Origin: Geminocystis sp. GBBB08
GTDB taxonomy: Bacteria > Cyanobacteriota > Cyanobacteriia > Cyanobacteriales > Cyanobacteriaceae
Assembly (NCBI RefSeq): GCF_016743215.1
Contig: NZ_VRZC01000003.1
Location: 8,222 to 72,221 of the forward strand
Direction: 5' to 3'
Length of the DNA: 64,000 bases
Below are positions 33,814 through 42,652 of the stretch, in pieces. Every line of letters begins with the position of its first letter. Position 1 is the stretch's first letter. A model generated the notes under the pieces. The model was not told the origin of the DNA. It saw only the letters and a list, made by a program, of their open reading frames with translations, and ran no database searches. Position numbers and translations under genes: made by a program.

Positions 33814-33891
33814 TAAACTATTGGGAATGTCTGTGAAGATTGTAAAGCGAGTCATGAAGACAACCAACAGTCTTTATCTTCAATTTTCCCC

Positions 33892-34041
33892 TTATTCTGG
33901 ATAATGATACCGACAGGAGATAATGGTTAAATAATCATCAACTCCAGTTTGAGGATTAATCCAGGGGGAGTGAGAAGAACCTTCTCGTTTAAGATAGCAA
34001 CCAGCTATGCGTAACTTCTTTTCTAATTTCTTACGTTTCAT
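33892..34041 (-). pseudogene. HicA toxin 5' half, frameshifted and joined to a YoeB-like 3' end
   Basis: MKRKKLEKKLRIAGCYLKREGSSHS, frameshift, WINPQTGV, then DDYLTIISCRYHYPE-stop. Confidence 0.7.
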
Positions 34042-34244
34042 GGAATGCAAATTTTCTCCTCGATCGCTTCTTGACGAATATCTGCTAAACGATCTTCAAA
34101 AATTAATTGAATGGTACTTTTTAGGCTTTCCTTTGCTTCTTCAATCGTTTCTCCCTGTCCATTTGCTCCGGGTACTTCAGGACAAATAGGCCAGTAACCT
34201 CCTTCAGTTGCTAATTCAATAATGGCGGTAAACTCTGCTTTCAT
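34038..34244 (-). CDS. HicB family antitoxin
   Basis: GGYWPICPEVPGANGQGETIEEAKESL; ATGA overlap with the hicA remnant. Confidence 0.85.
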   Translation of the reverse strand: MKAEFTAIIELATEGGYWPICPEVPGANGQGETIEEAKESLKSTIQLIFEDRLADIRQEAIEEKICIP

Positions 34245-34323
34245 AATAATTTTTTATGCACAATTTCATATTGATTATAGCTTTTTAAGAGTAAATTCAG
34301 GGATGGGTATTGGCTTTGATCTT

Positions 34324-34358
34324 CAAAACCGATCGCGCTCCCAAAACCGATGGCATTA
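34324..34358 (+). repeat. HIP1-like tandem cluster R3
   Basis: CAAAACCGATCGCGCTCC-CAAAACCGATGGCATTA. Confidence 0.75.
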
Positions 34359-34431
34359 CTTAAAAAATTTATAAAATAAAATCACTTAAAAGTTGTAAAA
34401 TCAAAAAATCAAAAAATAGAGGAAAATAATA

Positions 34432-34623
34432 TTGCCGACAGTTAATCAAATGCGACAAGTGGTGATTATATGTCAATATCTATCTAATTTTTATCAGCCA
34501 ATTTATCTATTCAGATATGATGTAGATAGAGAAGAAATATTTATCATTGCTGGTGACCTTGAAAGTATTGAAATAACAATTTTTAGGGATGGTACATGGA
34601 GGTACGAAATTGTTGAACTTTAA
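34432..34623 (+). CDS. DUF6888-like small protein
   Basis: MPT.NQ...CQYLSNFYQPIYLFRYD...IFIIAGD..IEITIFRDGTW; family recognised from memory. Confidence 0.6.
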   Translation: MPTVNQMRQVVIICQYLSNFYQPIYLFRYDVDREEIFIIAGDLESIEITIFRDGTWRYEIVEL

Positions 34624-34804
34624 AGAAATGTCCTTAAATGAATTAAGAAAATATATTTTGAAAAATAGAAAAGATGAAATTGCTTGGAAAGAGTTTGTTA
34701 GTCGTCCTCGCCCTCATGCAATCATCGTAACGGCTGAAACATCACTGGAAGAACAAGAGCGTATTTTGCAAGAAGCTAGTAGAAAAAAACATAGTAGCAA
34801 CTAA
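34589..34804 (+). CDS. DUF6887-like small protein (true start probably 34610-34628)
   Basis: MSLNELRKYILKNRKDEIAWKEFVSR; overlaps the previous ORF like a TA pair. Confidence 0.6.
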   Translation: MVHGGTKLLNFKEMSLNELRKYILKNRKDEIAWKEFVSRPRPHAIIVTAETSLEEQERILQEASRKKHSSN

Positions 34805-34828
34805 AATTAAAATATTATCAATAGGTAG

Positions 34829-34900
34829 GATCGCTCTCCCAAAACTCGATCAAACTTCCAAAACCGATGGCACTCTCTAAAACTCGATCGCACTCCCTCA
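34829..34900 (+). repeat. HIP1-like tandem cluster R4
   Basis: Three to four units of CCAAAAC(T)CGATCGCACTC-like sequence. Confidence 0.8.
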
Positions 34901-34936
34901 AAAAAAATATGCTAAAGGTACGCTGTACACCCATAA

Positions 34937-35194
34937 TTAATAATGAAACTTACAAGAAATAATAACAATCTCTTGATCACAAACACGATATACTAAGCGA
35001 TGCTCTCTCGTAATACGTCGTGATCATAATCCTGATAATTCGTGTTTTAATGCTTCTGGTTTTCCTAATCCAGAAAAAAGATTTCTTTGTATATCTTTAA
35101 TGAGATCAACTATTTTAGTGTAAATTTTTTTGTCGTTAATTGCCCATTGGTTAAATTCATCGAAACTTCTGATTAGAAAAGCTACCTTTCTCAT
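34937..35194 (-). pseudogene. Txe/YoeB family toxin with TGG-to-TGA at codon 57
   Basis: Near-identical to 36193..36450 but reads LSGL-stop-SRRIT; stop at 35024..35026. Confidence 0.9.
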
Positions 35195-35424
35195 AATTTA
35201 GCAGGATCTACATAAATATAGTTATCAGGATTTTTAAGGGATTCTATGGCTTCTTGGAGATGCTGACGGTTAGCAGATGTTGAAAGCAGATAATCTGTTT
35301 CATCCATTTCCGTTGATTCTTGAATTAATAAAATTGCCTCAACCACTGTTCCTTCAGGTAAGTCAATAGTAGGTAAGTTGAGTTGACCGTTTTTTACAGT
35401 TGCTTTATATTTTAGTGCATTCAT
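35191..35424 (-). CDS. YefM-like antitoxin
   Basis: DETDYLLSTSANRQHLQEAI motif; ATGA overlap with the yoeB pseudogene. Confidence 0.8.
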   Translation of the reverse strand: MNALKYKATVKNGQLNLPTIDLPEGTVVEAILLIQESTEMDETDYLLSTSANRQHLQEAIESLKNPDNYIYVDPAKL

Positions 35425-35476
35425 TATGAGTATGTTATGCTAACAACTTTTTAATTTTAACAGTTTTAAGGTTGCT

Positions 35477-35504
35477 TTGGGTTCATCTTCACAACCCAAC
35501 CTAC
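35477..35504 (-). repeat. GTAG-type REP-like palindrome
   Basis: Minus strand GTAG-GTTGGGTT-loop-AACCCAA. Confidence 0.65.
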
Positions 35505-35514
35505 AAACTCAATT

Positions 35515-35570
35515 CCCAAAACCGATTGCCCTCTAAAATTGATCGAACTCCCTAAAACCGATCGCACTCA
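35515..35570 (+). repeat. HIP1-like tandem cluster R5
   Basis: CCCAAAACCGATTGCCCTC-TAAAATTGATCGAACTCC-CTAAAACCGATCGCACTC. Confidence 0.8.
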
Positions 35571-35643
35571 AAAAAAATACTAAGAGAAATCATCTTCAAT
35601 CATGCTAGGATCAAAATGATAAAATTTTATCGACAAATCACTG

Positions 35644-35850
35644 ATGAGACAAGTAATTATCTATCCTGGAGAAAACGGTTATTGGGTTGCTCAATGTCCC
35701 AGTTTACCTCCTTGTATTAGTCAAGGAAAAACAAAAGAGGAGGCAATCTTTAATATTCAAGAAGCAATAGAATTATATCTTGAACTTCTTCGGGAAGAAG
35801 GACGTATTATTCCTGAAGATAAAGTTGACACAGTAACACTTTCCCTATGA
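35644..35850 (+). CDS. HicB family antitoxin
   Basis: GYWVAQCPSLPPCISQGKTKEEAIFNIQEAI. Confidence 0.88.
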   Translation: MRQVIIYPGENGYWVAQCPSLPPCISQGKTKEEAIFNIQEAIELYLELLREEGRIIPEDKVDTVTLSL

Positions 35851-36077
35851 GTAAATTACCTCAAATTTCGGGCAAAGAGTGTATTCAAACATTGGGAAAA
35901 ACAGGTTTTTGCATTAAGCGTCAAAAAGGAAGTCATATTATTCTCTGTCGAGATGATCCTTTTGCTGAAGTAGTAGTTCCTAATCATAAAAATCTTGATA
36001 AAGGAACTCTAAGAGCTATTATCCGACAAGCTGACTTAGAAGTGGACGAATTTATTGAGTTATTAAAGAATAAATAA
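35847..36077 (+). CDS. HicA family toxin
   Basis: GFCIKRQKGSHIIL, VVPNHKNLDKGTLRAIIRQA; ATGA overlap with hicB. Confidence 0.9.
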   Translation: MSKLPQISGKECIQTLGKTGFCIKRQKGSHIILCRDDPFAEVVVPNHKNLDKGTLRAIIRQADLEVDEFIELLKNK

Positions 36078-36100
36078 TTTTTATCAAAATATTGGGGAAA

Positions 36101-36156
36101 TACCCGAACTCCCAAAACTGATCGCACTCTCTCCAAAACTCGATCGCACTCCCTCA
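36101..36156 (+). repeat. HIP1-like tandem cluster R6
   Basis: CCCAAAACTGATCGCACTCTCT-CCAAAACTCGATCGCACTCCC. Confidence 0.8.
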
Positions 36157-36192
36157 AAAAAAATATGCTAAAGGTATGCTGTACACCCATGA

Positions 36193-36450
36193 TTAATAAT
36201 GAAACTTACAAGAAATAATAACAATCTCTTGATCACAAACACGATATACTAAGCGATGCTCTCTCGTAATACGTTGTGACCATAATCCTGATAATTCCTG
36301 TTTTAATGCTTCTGGTTTTCCTAATCCAGAAAAAGGATTTCTTTGTATATCTTTAATGAGATCAACTATTTTAGCGTAAATTTTTTTGTCGTTAATTGCC
36401 CATTGGTTAAATTCATCGAAACTTCTGGTTAGAAAAGCTACCTTTCTCAT
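36193..36450 (-). CDS. Txe/YoeB family toxin, intact
   Basis: NPFSGLGKPEALKQELSGLWSQRITREHRLVY and ISCKFHY. Confidence 0.92.
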   Translation of the reverse strand: MRKVAFLTRSFDEFNQWAINDKKIYAKIVDLIKDIQRNPFSGLGKPEALKQELSGLWSQRITREHRLVYRVCDQEIVIISCKFHY

Positions 36451-36806
36451 AATTTAGCAGGATCTACATAAATTACCTGAGTTCGATATAATCATAAACC
36501 TGAAAATATTTTCTAGTAACGGTTTTCAGTTTTTCCCTCATTTTCTTTGATAAGTTGATATTCCTCAATCACTTGGGCGTATTGCTGTTGATTCTTGTCA
36601 ATTAAGAAGCGAGTCTCCTCACCATCCACATTAATCGCTACTCGGATACCATTATGATCATACTCAAACTCTCAGAAAATGTTGTCGTTATCATACACTA
36701 TTGATAGACTTATGTCAACTCTTTGATAAAATTGACAAAAATAAGATGTATTTGCACAATTAATTTAAACTAGCTATATAAGTTAATTAATAATATAATT
36801 AAGATT

Positions 36807-37346
36807 ATGAGTAAAATTAAAACTCAAGAAGAAGTTGATAAAGAACAACAAAATTTACAAGAGATTTTAATACTTTTAGATCAATTATTTAGACGAGAAG
36901 AAGCTACTGCTAAAAGTATTGTTGGGTGTTTATATGATATTGCAATGATAAATTTAATCAATAAATATTGTCCTTTATGGGGTATTAATTTAACTCTAAA
37001 ATATTTAACTCGTTTACCTCGTCCTGTGGCTCAATCTTTAGGAGTAAAATTATATTTACAGCCAAAATGTCCTCAACTTATCACTGACTGGCTTTATACT
37101 CTTGTAGAGTTTCCTGATAAACCAACGACAACTTTAGAAGCAGAAGTGATAGCCCATGAATTATTTCCTACTCTTCAAGAAAGTAAATTAGAAATCAAAT
37201 CTTTACACCAAAAAGTAAAATTATTGACAAGTGCATTAGTAGTAACAATAGCAATTTTTAGCGGTGGTTTTGCGTGGATTGCCTATAATTTAGACATGAA
37301 TCCAATGCAATTACTGACTACCTCTCAAGGAAATTTAAGAGATTAG
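36807..37346 (+). CDS. Hypothetical membrane protein
   Basis: DQLFRREEATAK...GCLYDI...YLQPKCPQLITDWL, coiled coil and C-terminal TM. Confidence 0.75.
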   Translation: MSKIKTQEEVDKEQQNLQEILILLDQLFRREEATAKSIVGCLYDIAMINLINKYCPLWGINLTLKYLTRLPRPVAQSLGVKLYLQPKCPQLITDWLYTLVEFPDKPTTTLEAEVIAHELFPTLQESKLEIKSLHQKVKLLTSALVVTIAIFSGGFAWIAYNLDMNPMQLLTTSQGNLRD

Positions 37347-37544
37347 ACTTTCATTAATTCATTTGATTAATAATTTTAATTGTTTCAACACTAACAGTAG
37401 TTACTTTTTTTAATAACTCAATTACTTCCTGTTTATAATCAGCAAATCGATAATTATTAAACTTTTGTGCAATAGTTAAATCTTTCAATTTTTTTTCTTT
37501 ATATTGATCTAAAATCTACTCTACAGCTGATAATTGTAGCCTAG

Positions 37545-38615
37545 TTATCTTGTTAATGTCATCAAATGAGAAGCGATAGCATGATCTGGTAGAACTTTTT
37601 TAGCACCACCTAAACGAATAGCTTCCCCGGGCATACCGAAAACTACGGAACTAGCTTCATCTTGAGCGATGGTGTAAGCACCTTGTTGAGACATGGCTAG
37701 TAAACCTTGAGCACCATCTTTACCCATACCTGTCAATAAAACACCAATGGCATTTTTACCGAAAACTTTGGCACAGGAATTAAATGTAACGGTTACAGAA
37801 GGGCAATGCCCATCAACAGGAAGCCCAGTAAAACAGAAAAATCTCCCATTACGATCAAATTCTAAATGATGTTTTTCTCGGGGAAAATAAATATAACCTC
37901 CTTGGGGTTTTTCTCCCGTCATCGCAACTTTTACTTTTAATTGACAATTATTGTTCAACCAATCAATTAAACCATCTAAAAAACCTTCACTGATATGTTG
38001 TACACAGACAATGGGCACAGAAAAATGAGCTGGGATTTTACCTAAAATTTCTAACAATACTTGCGGGCCACCAGTTGAAGTGCCAATAGCAATCATTTGA
38101 ATTTTCTTATGGGAAGAAATAGTTGAAGGAGTACTTTTTACTGGGGTGGATTGGGAAGTAGAGGAACTAGGGATAGGTAGAATAGATGTAGAGGATGATT
38201 TCCGACGAAAAACCTTGATACCCGATAATACTCGAATTTTGGTTAGTAAAGATTCAGTGATAAAATCATAATCTTTAGGTTGTCCGCTACGGGGTTTTGG
38301 AAATATATCTACTGCACCGGCATTTAAAACATCAAAAACGTGTTTTGTATCTTCTTCTTGTACCGACGCACTAATAACTAAAATTGGTTTGGGGAAATTA
38401 GCCATAACTTCCTTTGTAAATTCTAAGCCGTTCATTTTTGGCATATGTAAATCACTACAAATAACGTCTGGATTTAATTTTTTCAGTAATTCCAAACCTT
38501 CAAGACCATTTTTAGCCGTACCGACAACTTGAATATCAGAGGAAGCATTGATAATTTTTTGTAATAATATAGTAGCAACAGGAGAGTCTTCAACGAGTAG
38601 TACTTTTATGGTCAT
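37545..38615 (-). CDS. cheB: Chemotaxis response regulator protein-glutamate methylesterase
   Basis: Receiver domain plus GTSTGGP, VQHIS, HCPSV, LTGMGKDGA and VFGMP. Confidence 0.95.
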   Translation of the reverse strand: MTIKVLLVEDSPVATILLQKIINASSDIQVVGTAKNGLEGLELLKKLNPDVICSDLHMPKMNGLEFTKEVMANFPKPILVISASVQEEDTKHVFDVLNAGAVDIFPKPRSGQPKDYDFITESLLTKIRVLSGIKVFRRKSSSTSILPIPSSSTSQSTPVKSTPSTISSHKKIQMIAIGTSTGGPQVLLEILGKIPAHFSVPIVCVQHISEGFLDGLIDWLNNNCQLKVKVAMTGEKPQGGYIYFPREKHHLEFDRNGRFFCFTGLPVDGHCPSVTVTFNSCAKVFGKNAIGVLLTGMGKDGAQGLLAMSQQGAYTIAQDEASSVVFGMPGEAIRLGGAKKVLPDHAIASHLMTLTR

Positions 38616-38640
38616 TTTTTTAAGAAAAGGTATTTAAAAT

Positions 38641-39717
38641 TTAAGGAGTGGCGATAATGTGTAAATCAATTTGTTTTTTCCAGATTAACTTTATTAATTT
38701 TTGAGTAAAAGAACCTTTAAGAAATTGTTTCCAACGGGATTGTTGACTTTCTCCGATGACAATTTGAGTGATTTTTTCTTTTTCAGCAACTTCGGTGATG
38801 GTATTAGGAACATTATAACTCTTAATTACTAAAAAATTACCCCCAAAATCTTGACACAATTGTTCACAGGTTTCAATATGTAAGGCTTCTGCTTTGGAGA
38901 GAAAATGGTCAGGATTTTGAACAAACAAAACGAATAGAGGGGCATTCATATAATTAGCTAATCTTGCACCCCGACGTAATAAACGTAAAGAATTAGGATA
39001 GGTAGATACACAAACTAACACCCTTTCTTGAATAGAATAAGATTGAGCTGGAGATAAAGATTCTTCTCCTTCTTCTTCAACGGTATCCGCCACTTCCCTT
39101 AAAGCTAGTTCCCTTAAAGCGATTAAATTTTTACGTTGAAAAAAATTTCTTAAAGATTGCTCAATTTTATTACTAGCGTAAATTTTACCTGCTAATAAAC
39201 GTTCTTCTAAGGTTTCTGGGGTAACATCAATGACAACGACTTGATCAGCTTCTTCTAAAATACGATCAGGGATACGTTCTCTAACCACTACACCAGTAAT
39301 TTTTGCTACAAGATCATTAAGGCTTTCTAGGTGTTGAATATTAACAGTAGAATAGACATCAATTCCGGCGTTAAGAATTTCTTCCACATCTTGATAACGC
39401 TTTGGATAACGAGAGTTAGGGATATTAGTATGGGCTAATTCATCAATTAACACTAATTGGGGATGGCGATCGACAATCGCTTTCGTGTCCATTTCTGTTA
39501 GAGTGGGATTAGTTTGAGAAATAGACTTCCGGGGGATAACTTCTAAACCTTTAGCCTGTAATAAAGTCTCTTGACGGTTATGGGTTTCTAAAAGTCCAAT
39601 GACTACATCAATACCTTGTTGTTTAAGACTTTTAGCATCCTGAAGCATTTTATAGGTTTTACCTACTCCTGGTGCCATACCGATAAATATTTTATGTCTG
39701 CCTCGTTTTTTATTCAT
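38641..39717 (-). CDS. kdpD: Truncated KdpD (N-terminal sensor plus USP domain; no TM or kinase domain)
   Basis: KIFIGMAPGVGKTYKML, LIDELAHTN, TVNIQHLESLND and LIALRELAL; ends after the USP domain. Confidence 0.92.
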   Translation of the reverse strand: MNKKRGRHKIFIGMAPGVGKTYKMLQDAKSLKQQGIDVVIGLLETHNRQETLLQAKGLEVIPRKSISQTNPTLTEMDTKAIVDRHPQLVLIDELAHTNIPNSRYPKRYQDVEEILNAGIDVYSTVNIQHLESLNDLVAKITGVVVRERIPDRILEEADQVVVIDVTPETLEERLLAGKIYASNKIEQSLRNFFQRKNLIALRELALREVADTVEEEGEESLSPAQSYSIQERVLVCVSTYPNSLRLLRRGARLANYMNAPLFVLFVQNPDHFLSKAEALHIETCEQLCQDFGGNFLVIKSYNVPNTITEVAEKEKITQIVIGESQQSRWKQFLKGSFTQKLIKLIWKKQIDLHIIATP

Positions 39718-39924
39718 TTTTTTTTCTCGCAAAGGCGCAAAGTCGCAAAGAAATGTACAAAGAGATAATGGTAAGATAAGGACAAGAAATAATTGAGAAG
39801 TGTTATATTAGTTTTAGAAAGTCCTAAAAGTCAACAATTATCTGAAATATAAGTAAATAACTTTGCTGTTAATTGCCTTATATTATACTTATTGCAGAAG
39901 TCAGGGAATAAAGATTAACGAATA

Positions 39925-40197
39925 TTAAAATAGGGTTAATTGCCCTTCTCCTTTTAATTTCCAATGGTTTTCGCAGACTTTTTCGGCAATGTCTTCTAAA
40001 ACAGTCAAAATTGTCTGATTTTCTGGAGTTGTGCCATTTTTTAATAAGGGTAAAATATTTAACACAATCTCATCAAATGTCGTAGTTTTATTTTCCCTTT
40101 CCATTCTTCTTAAATAACTGATTAAATAATATTTAATTCTCAGTTTTACATCAAGATGAGACTTGAATATAGTTTCACGATTTTGTATTACTGTTAC
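39925..40197 (-). pseudogene. Start-less C-terminal gene fragment of unknown parent
   Basis: 90 open codons after a TAG: ...SHLDVKLRIKYYLISYLRRMERENK...DEIVLNILPLLKNGTTPENQTILTVLEDIAE...GQLTLF. Confidence 0.5.
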
Positions 40198-40248
40198 CTA
40201 AAATTTGGTTTTGTGAGGGAAGAGGAATAAATAATCAAATCAAACAGG

Positions 40249-41400
40249 TTATTTTTTGAAAAATAAAGATAGAATGACAACAAAAAGAAAAATTCCCAAA
40301 TAGACGATATAATATTTGATTAATTTATCAAAATCGCTTTTTCTCGGTAAATTTCCTTCTTGTAAAATAATTTTATTAACCTCATTAATACTGTCAATTA
40401 GTTCAATCTGTTTAATTTGAATTTCTTGTAACTGATTCATAAAATTTTCTATCAAATTTTTAGCTGCTTCTTTAGCGTAAATTTCTGCAGGATTAACTAA
40501 TTCTTCCGTAGTGGGTAAAACATCTTTTACTGACTGAATTAAATCATATTTATTAGGTAATTTTTCTTCAATAATATTAATAATTTGCTCGGAAATAAGT
40601 TGTGTTTTTAGCTCAATTTCTTGTGGTTCTTTATGTTCTTTTAAACGAGGTAAAATATGATCATTAATATAAATTTCGGTATTTAATAATAATTGAGATT
40701 CCATTTTTTCTACTATCACTAAAGGAATCATCACCATGACACTTAAAAATAATGCTAATAAAGTAGTATCAAAGGCGATCGCCAATCCCGTAGTTACAGT
40801 AGCAATACCCTCTTTAATTTGATCAACTTGTGCAGTATTGTTAAGGAAACCATTAAAACCATTAACAGCCTGACTAATACCCAATACCGTACCGATAAAT
40901 CCCAATAAAGGAATAGCCCAGACTAAAATTCGGGGTAAAGCATAAGAAGATTCGGAAGCACTAAGATAAAACGAGCTATCATCTAAGGCTAATTCCGTCA
41001 CAATTTTACGACTACCAGAGAGAATATAAGCATTTAAAATACGACTTAATCGCTTAGTAATCATTGTAGGGGTACGAGCAAAATCTTCTTGAAGAGAAAC
41101 TAATTGATATGATTTATGATCATGAAAATTAATATTATCAGGTACTCCAATTTTATTTAAAATATTGGTTTCTTTGATAATCTTTTGATACTTATTTACT
41201 GTAATAATAGCAACAATACAAGAGAAAAAAATAGCTAAATGTTGGGTAAAACCTCTTTGGTAAAGAAGAATACCTAAATAAGATTGTTGGAAAGGAAAAA
41301 GGATTGCATAAATGATAATTGTTAATCCTAATGCACCGAGAAAAACCTGAATAAAATTAATATCTAATTCGGCTCTACTATTATTATTTATTTGTCGCAT
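40249..41400 (-). CDS. MotA/TolQ/ExbB proton channel family protein
   Basis: WAIPLLGFIGTVLGISQAV and GLAIAFDTTLLAL. Confidence 0.85.
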   Translation of the reverse strand: MRQINNNSRAELDINFIQVFLGALGLTIIIYAILFPFQQSYLGILLYQRGFTQHLAIFFSCIVAIITVNKYQKIIKETNILNKIGVPDNINFHDHKSYQLVSLQEDFARTPTMITKRLSRILNAYILSGSRKIVTELALDDSSFYLSASESSYALPRILVWAIPLLGFIGTVLGISQAVNGFNGFLNNTAQVDQIKEGIATVTTGLAIAFDTTLLALFLSVMVMIPLVIVEKMESQLLLNTEIYINDHILPRLKEHKEPQEIELKTQLISEQIINIIEEKLPNKYDLIQSVKDVLPTTEELVNPAEIYAKEAAKNLIENFMNQLQEIQIKQIELIDSINEVNKIILQEGNLPRKSDFDKLIKYYIVYLGIFLFVVILSLFFKK

Positions 41401-41693
41401 ATTTTAGTATATTTACTTCTTGAAAATAAAAAAATAAATTATTATTTAACAATCTAAATTTTGTATAAATTAAGTCACTTTAGTCAAAAAAATTATGTAG
41501 ATTGGGCTATACCCACCAATGAAAGTTTTTGAGAATTTTTAATATTATTAAACTGTTTCATTCTTATTTGAAATAACTATATCTCATTATAGGATAATGG
41601 TTACGAACTACCTATTACTAACAAACACAGTATAACATAGGCTTCATCATTCATAGGCTAATGCTTCAAGACAGACTTCCGTTCGACTTTTAA

Positions 41694-41785
41694 TTTTACT
41701 GATGCACAGGCAAGATGCTTGTTTACTGATGCACAGGCAAGATGCCTGTTTTACTGATGCACAACAGGCAAGATGTTTGTTTTAC
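41694..41785. repeat. Three tandem 27-31-bp units, each with an ACAGGCAAGATGCCTGT-type hairpin
   Basis: TTTTACTGATGCACAGGCAAGATGC(C/T)TG repeated just downstream of the ABC ATPase stop codon. Confidence 0.85.
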
Positions 41786-41806
41786 GATCGAGGCAGAGAA
41801 AAAACC

Positions 41807-42589
41807 CTACTGATAATTTTCCAGAAAATCTAACGCCTCATTACGCAAATGATAATATTCCGTTGTCTCTCGTAATTCATGGGCATGACGGGGGCGTGGT
41901 AAAGGAATATCAAGTACCTTACCAATCGTAGCGTTTGGGCTATTTGTCATCATCACAACTTTATCAGACATAAAAATAGCCTCATCCACATCGTGAGTAA
42001 TCATCATCACAGCCTGACGGTGATTTTCCCAAATATCGATTACCTGCTGTTGTAACTTCGGGCGAGTTAAAGCATCTAACGCTCCAAAAGGTTCATCTAA
42101 CAATAATAATTTAGGACGAGTAGCTAAGGCACGGGCAACCCCAACTCTTTGTTTCATACCTCCTGAAAGTTCGTGAGGATACTTGTCGGCGGCGGGAGTT
42201 AATTTTACCATTTCGATATGTTTATTCACAATGCTGATTTTTTCAGCAACGGTGGCTTTTTTAAATACTTCATCAACCGCTAATCTGATATTTTCCCTGA
42301 CGGTTAACCAAGGTAAGAGAGCGTATCCTTGAAATACCATCATGCGATCGGCACCGGGTTTAGTGATTCGTTTTCCTTCTAGTGTCACCATGCCAGAGGT
42401 AGGCTTTTCTAATCCCGCAACGATTCTGACGAGGGTTGATTTGCCACAGCCTGAATGTCCGATTACGGAGACATATTCTTTTTCTCCTACACTTAGGTGA
42501 ATACCGTTTAAAACGACAAAATCACTGCCGTCTGGTTTTTTGAAGGATTTGACTACGTTTTCGATAGTTAAAAATTGTTGTTGTGTCAT
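41807..42589 (-). CDS. NrtD/CmpD-family ABC ATPase (ATG 42589 preferred)
   Basis: GHSGCGKST, LSGGMKQRVGVARAL, LLLDEPFGALD and MITHDVDEA. Confidence 0.93.
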   Translation of the reverse strand: MTQQQFLTIENVVKSFKKPDGSDFVVLNGIHLSVGEKEYVSVIGHSGCGKSTLVRIVAGLEKPTSGMVTLEGKRITKPGADRMMVFQGYALLPWLTVRENIRLAVDEVFKKATVAEKISIVNKHIEMVKLTPAADKYPHELSGGMKQRVGVARALATRPKLLLLDEPFGALDALTRPKLQQQVIDIWENHRQAVMMITHDVDEAIFMSDKVVMMTNSPNATIGKVLDIPLPRPRHAHELRETTEYYHLRNEALDFLENYQ

Positions 42590-42652
42590 TTTCTTTTGAT
42601 GGGTTATTGTTTCTCGCAAAGGCGCAAAGGCGCAAAGAGGTACAAAGAATTC

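Noticed and set aside
33427-36156. R1-R6 as a CRISPR array or classical integron attC sites
   Set aside because: Spacing is 300-700 bp and contains genes, the units are degenerate, I found no RYYYAAC/GTTRRRY inverted cores, and there is no integrase or cas gene in the window.
36480-36700. Sequence replacing the antitoxin upstream of the intact yoeB
   Set aside because: One minus-strand frame is open for about 40 codons, but it has no convincing start or motif, so it was not called.
38641-39010. KdpD USP domain as a c-di-AMP receptor like Staphylococcus KdpD
   Set aside because: The SxS-X20-FTAxY motif aligns here to STY-X20-LFVLF, so the known binding signature is not conserved.
41694-41785. 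Possible mini-CRISPR array
   Set aside because: Units are directly adjacent with no unique spacers, and there are no cas genes in the window.
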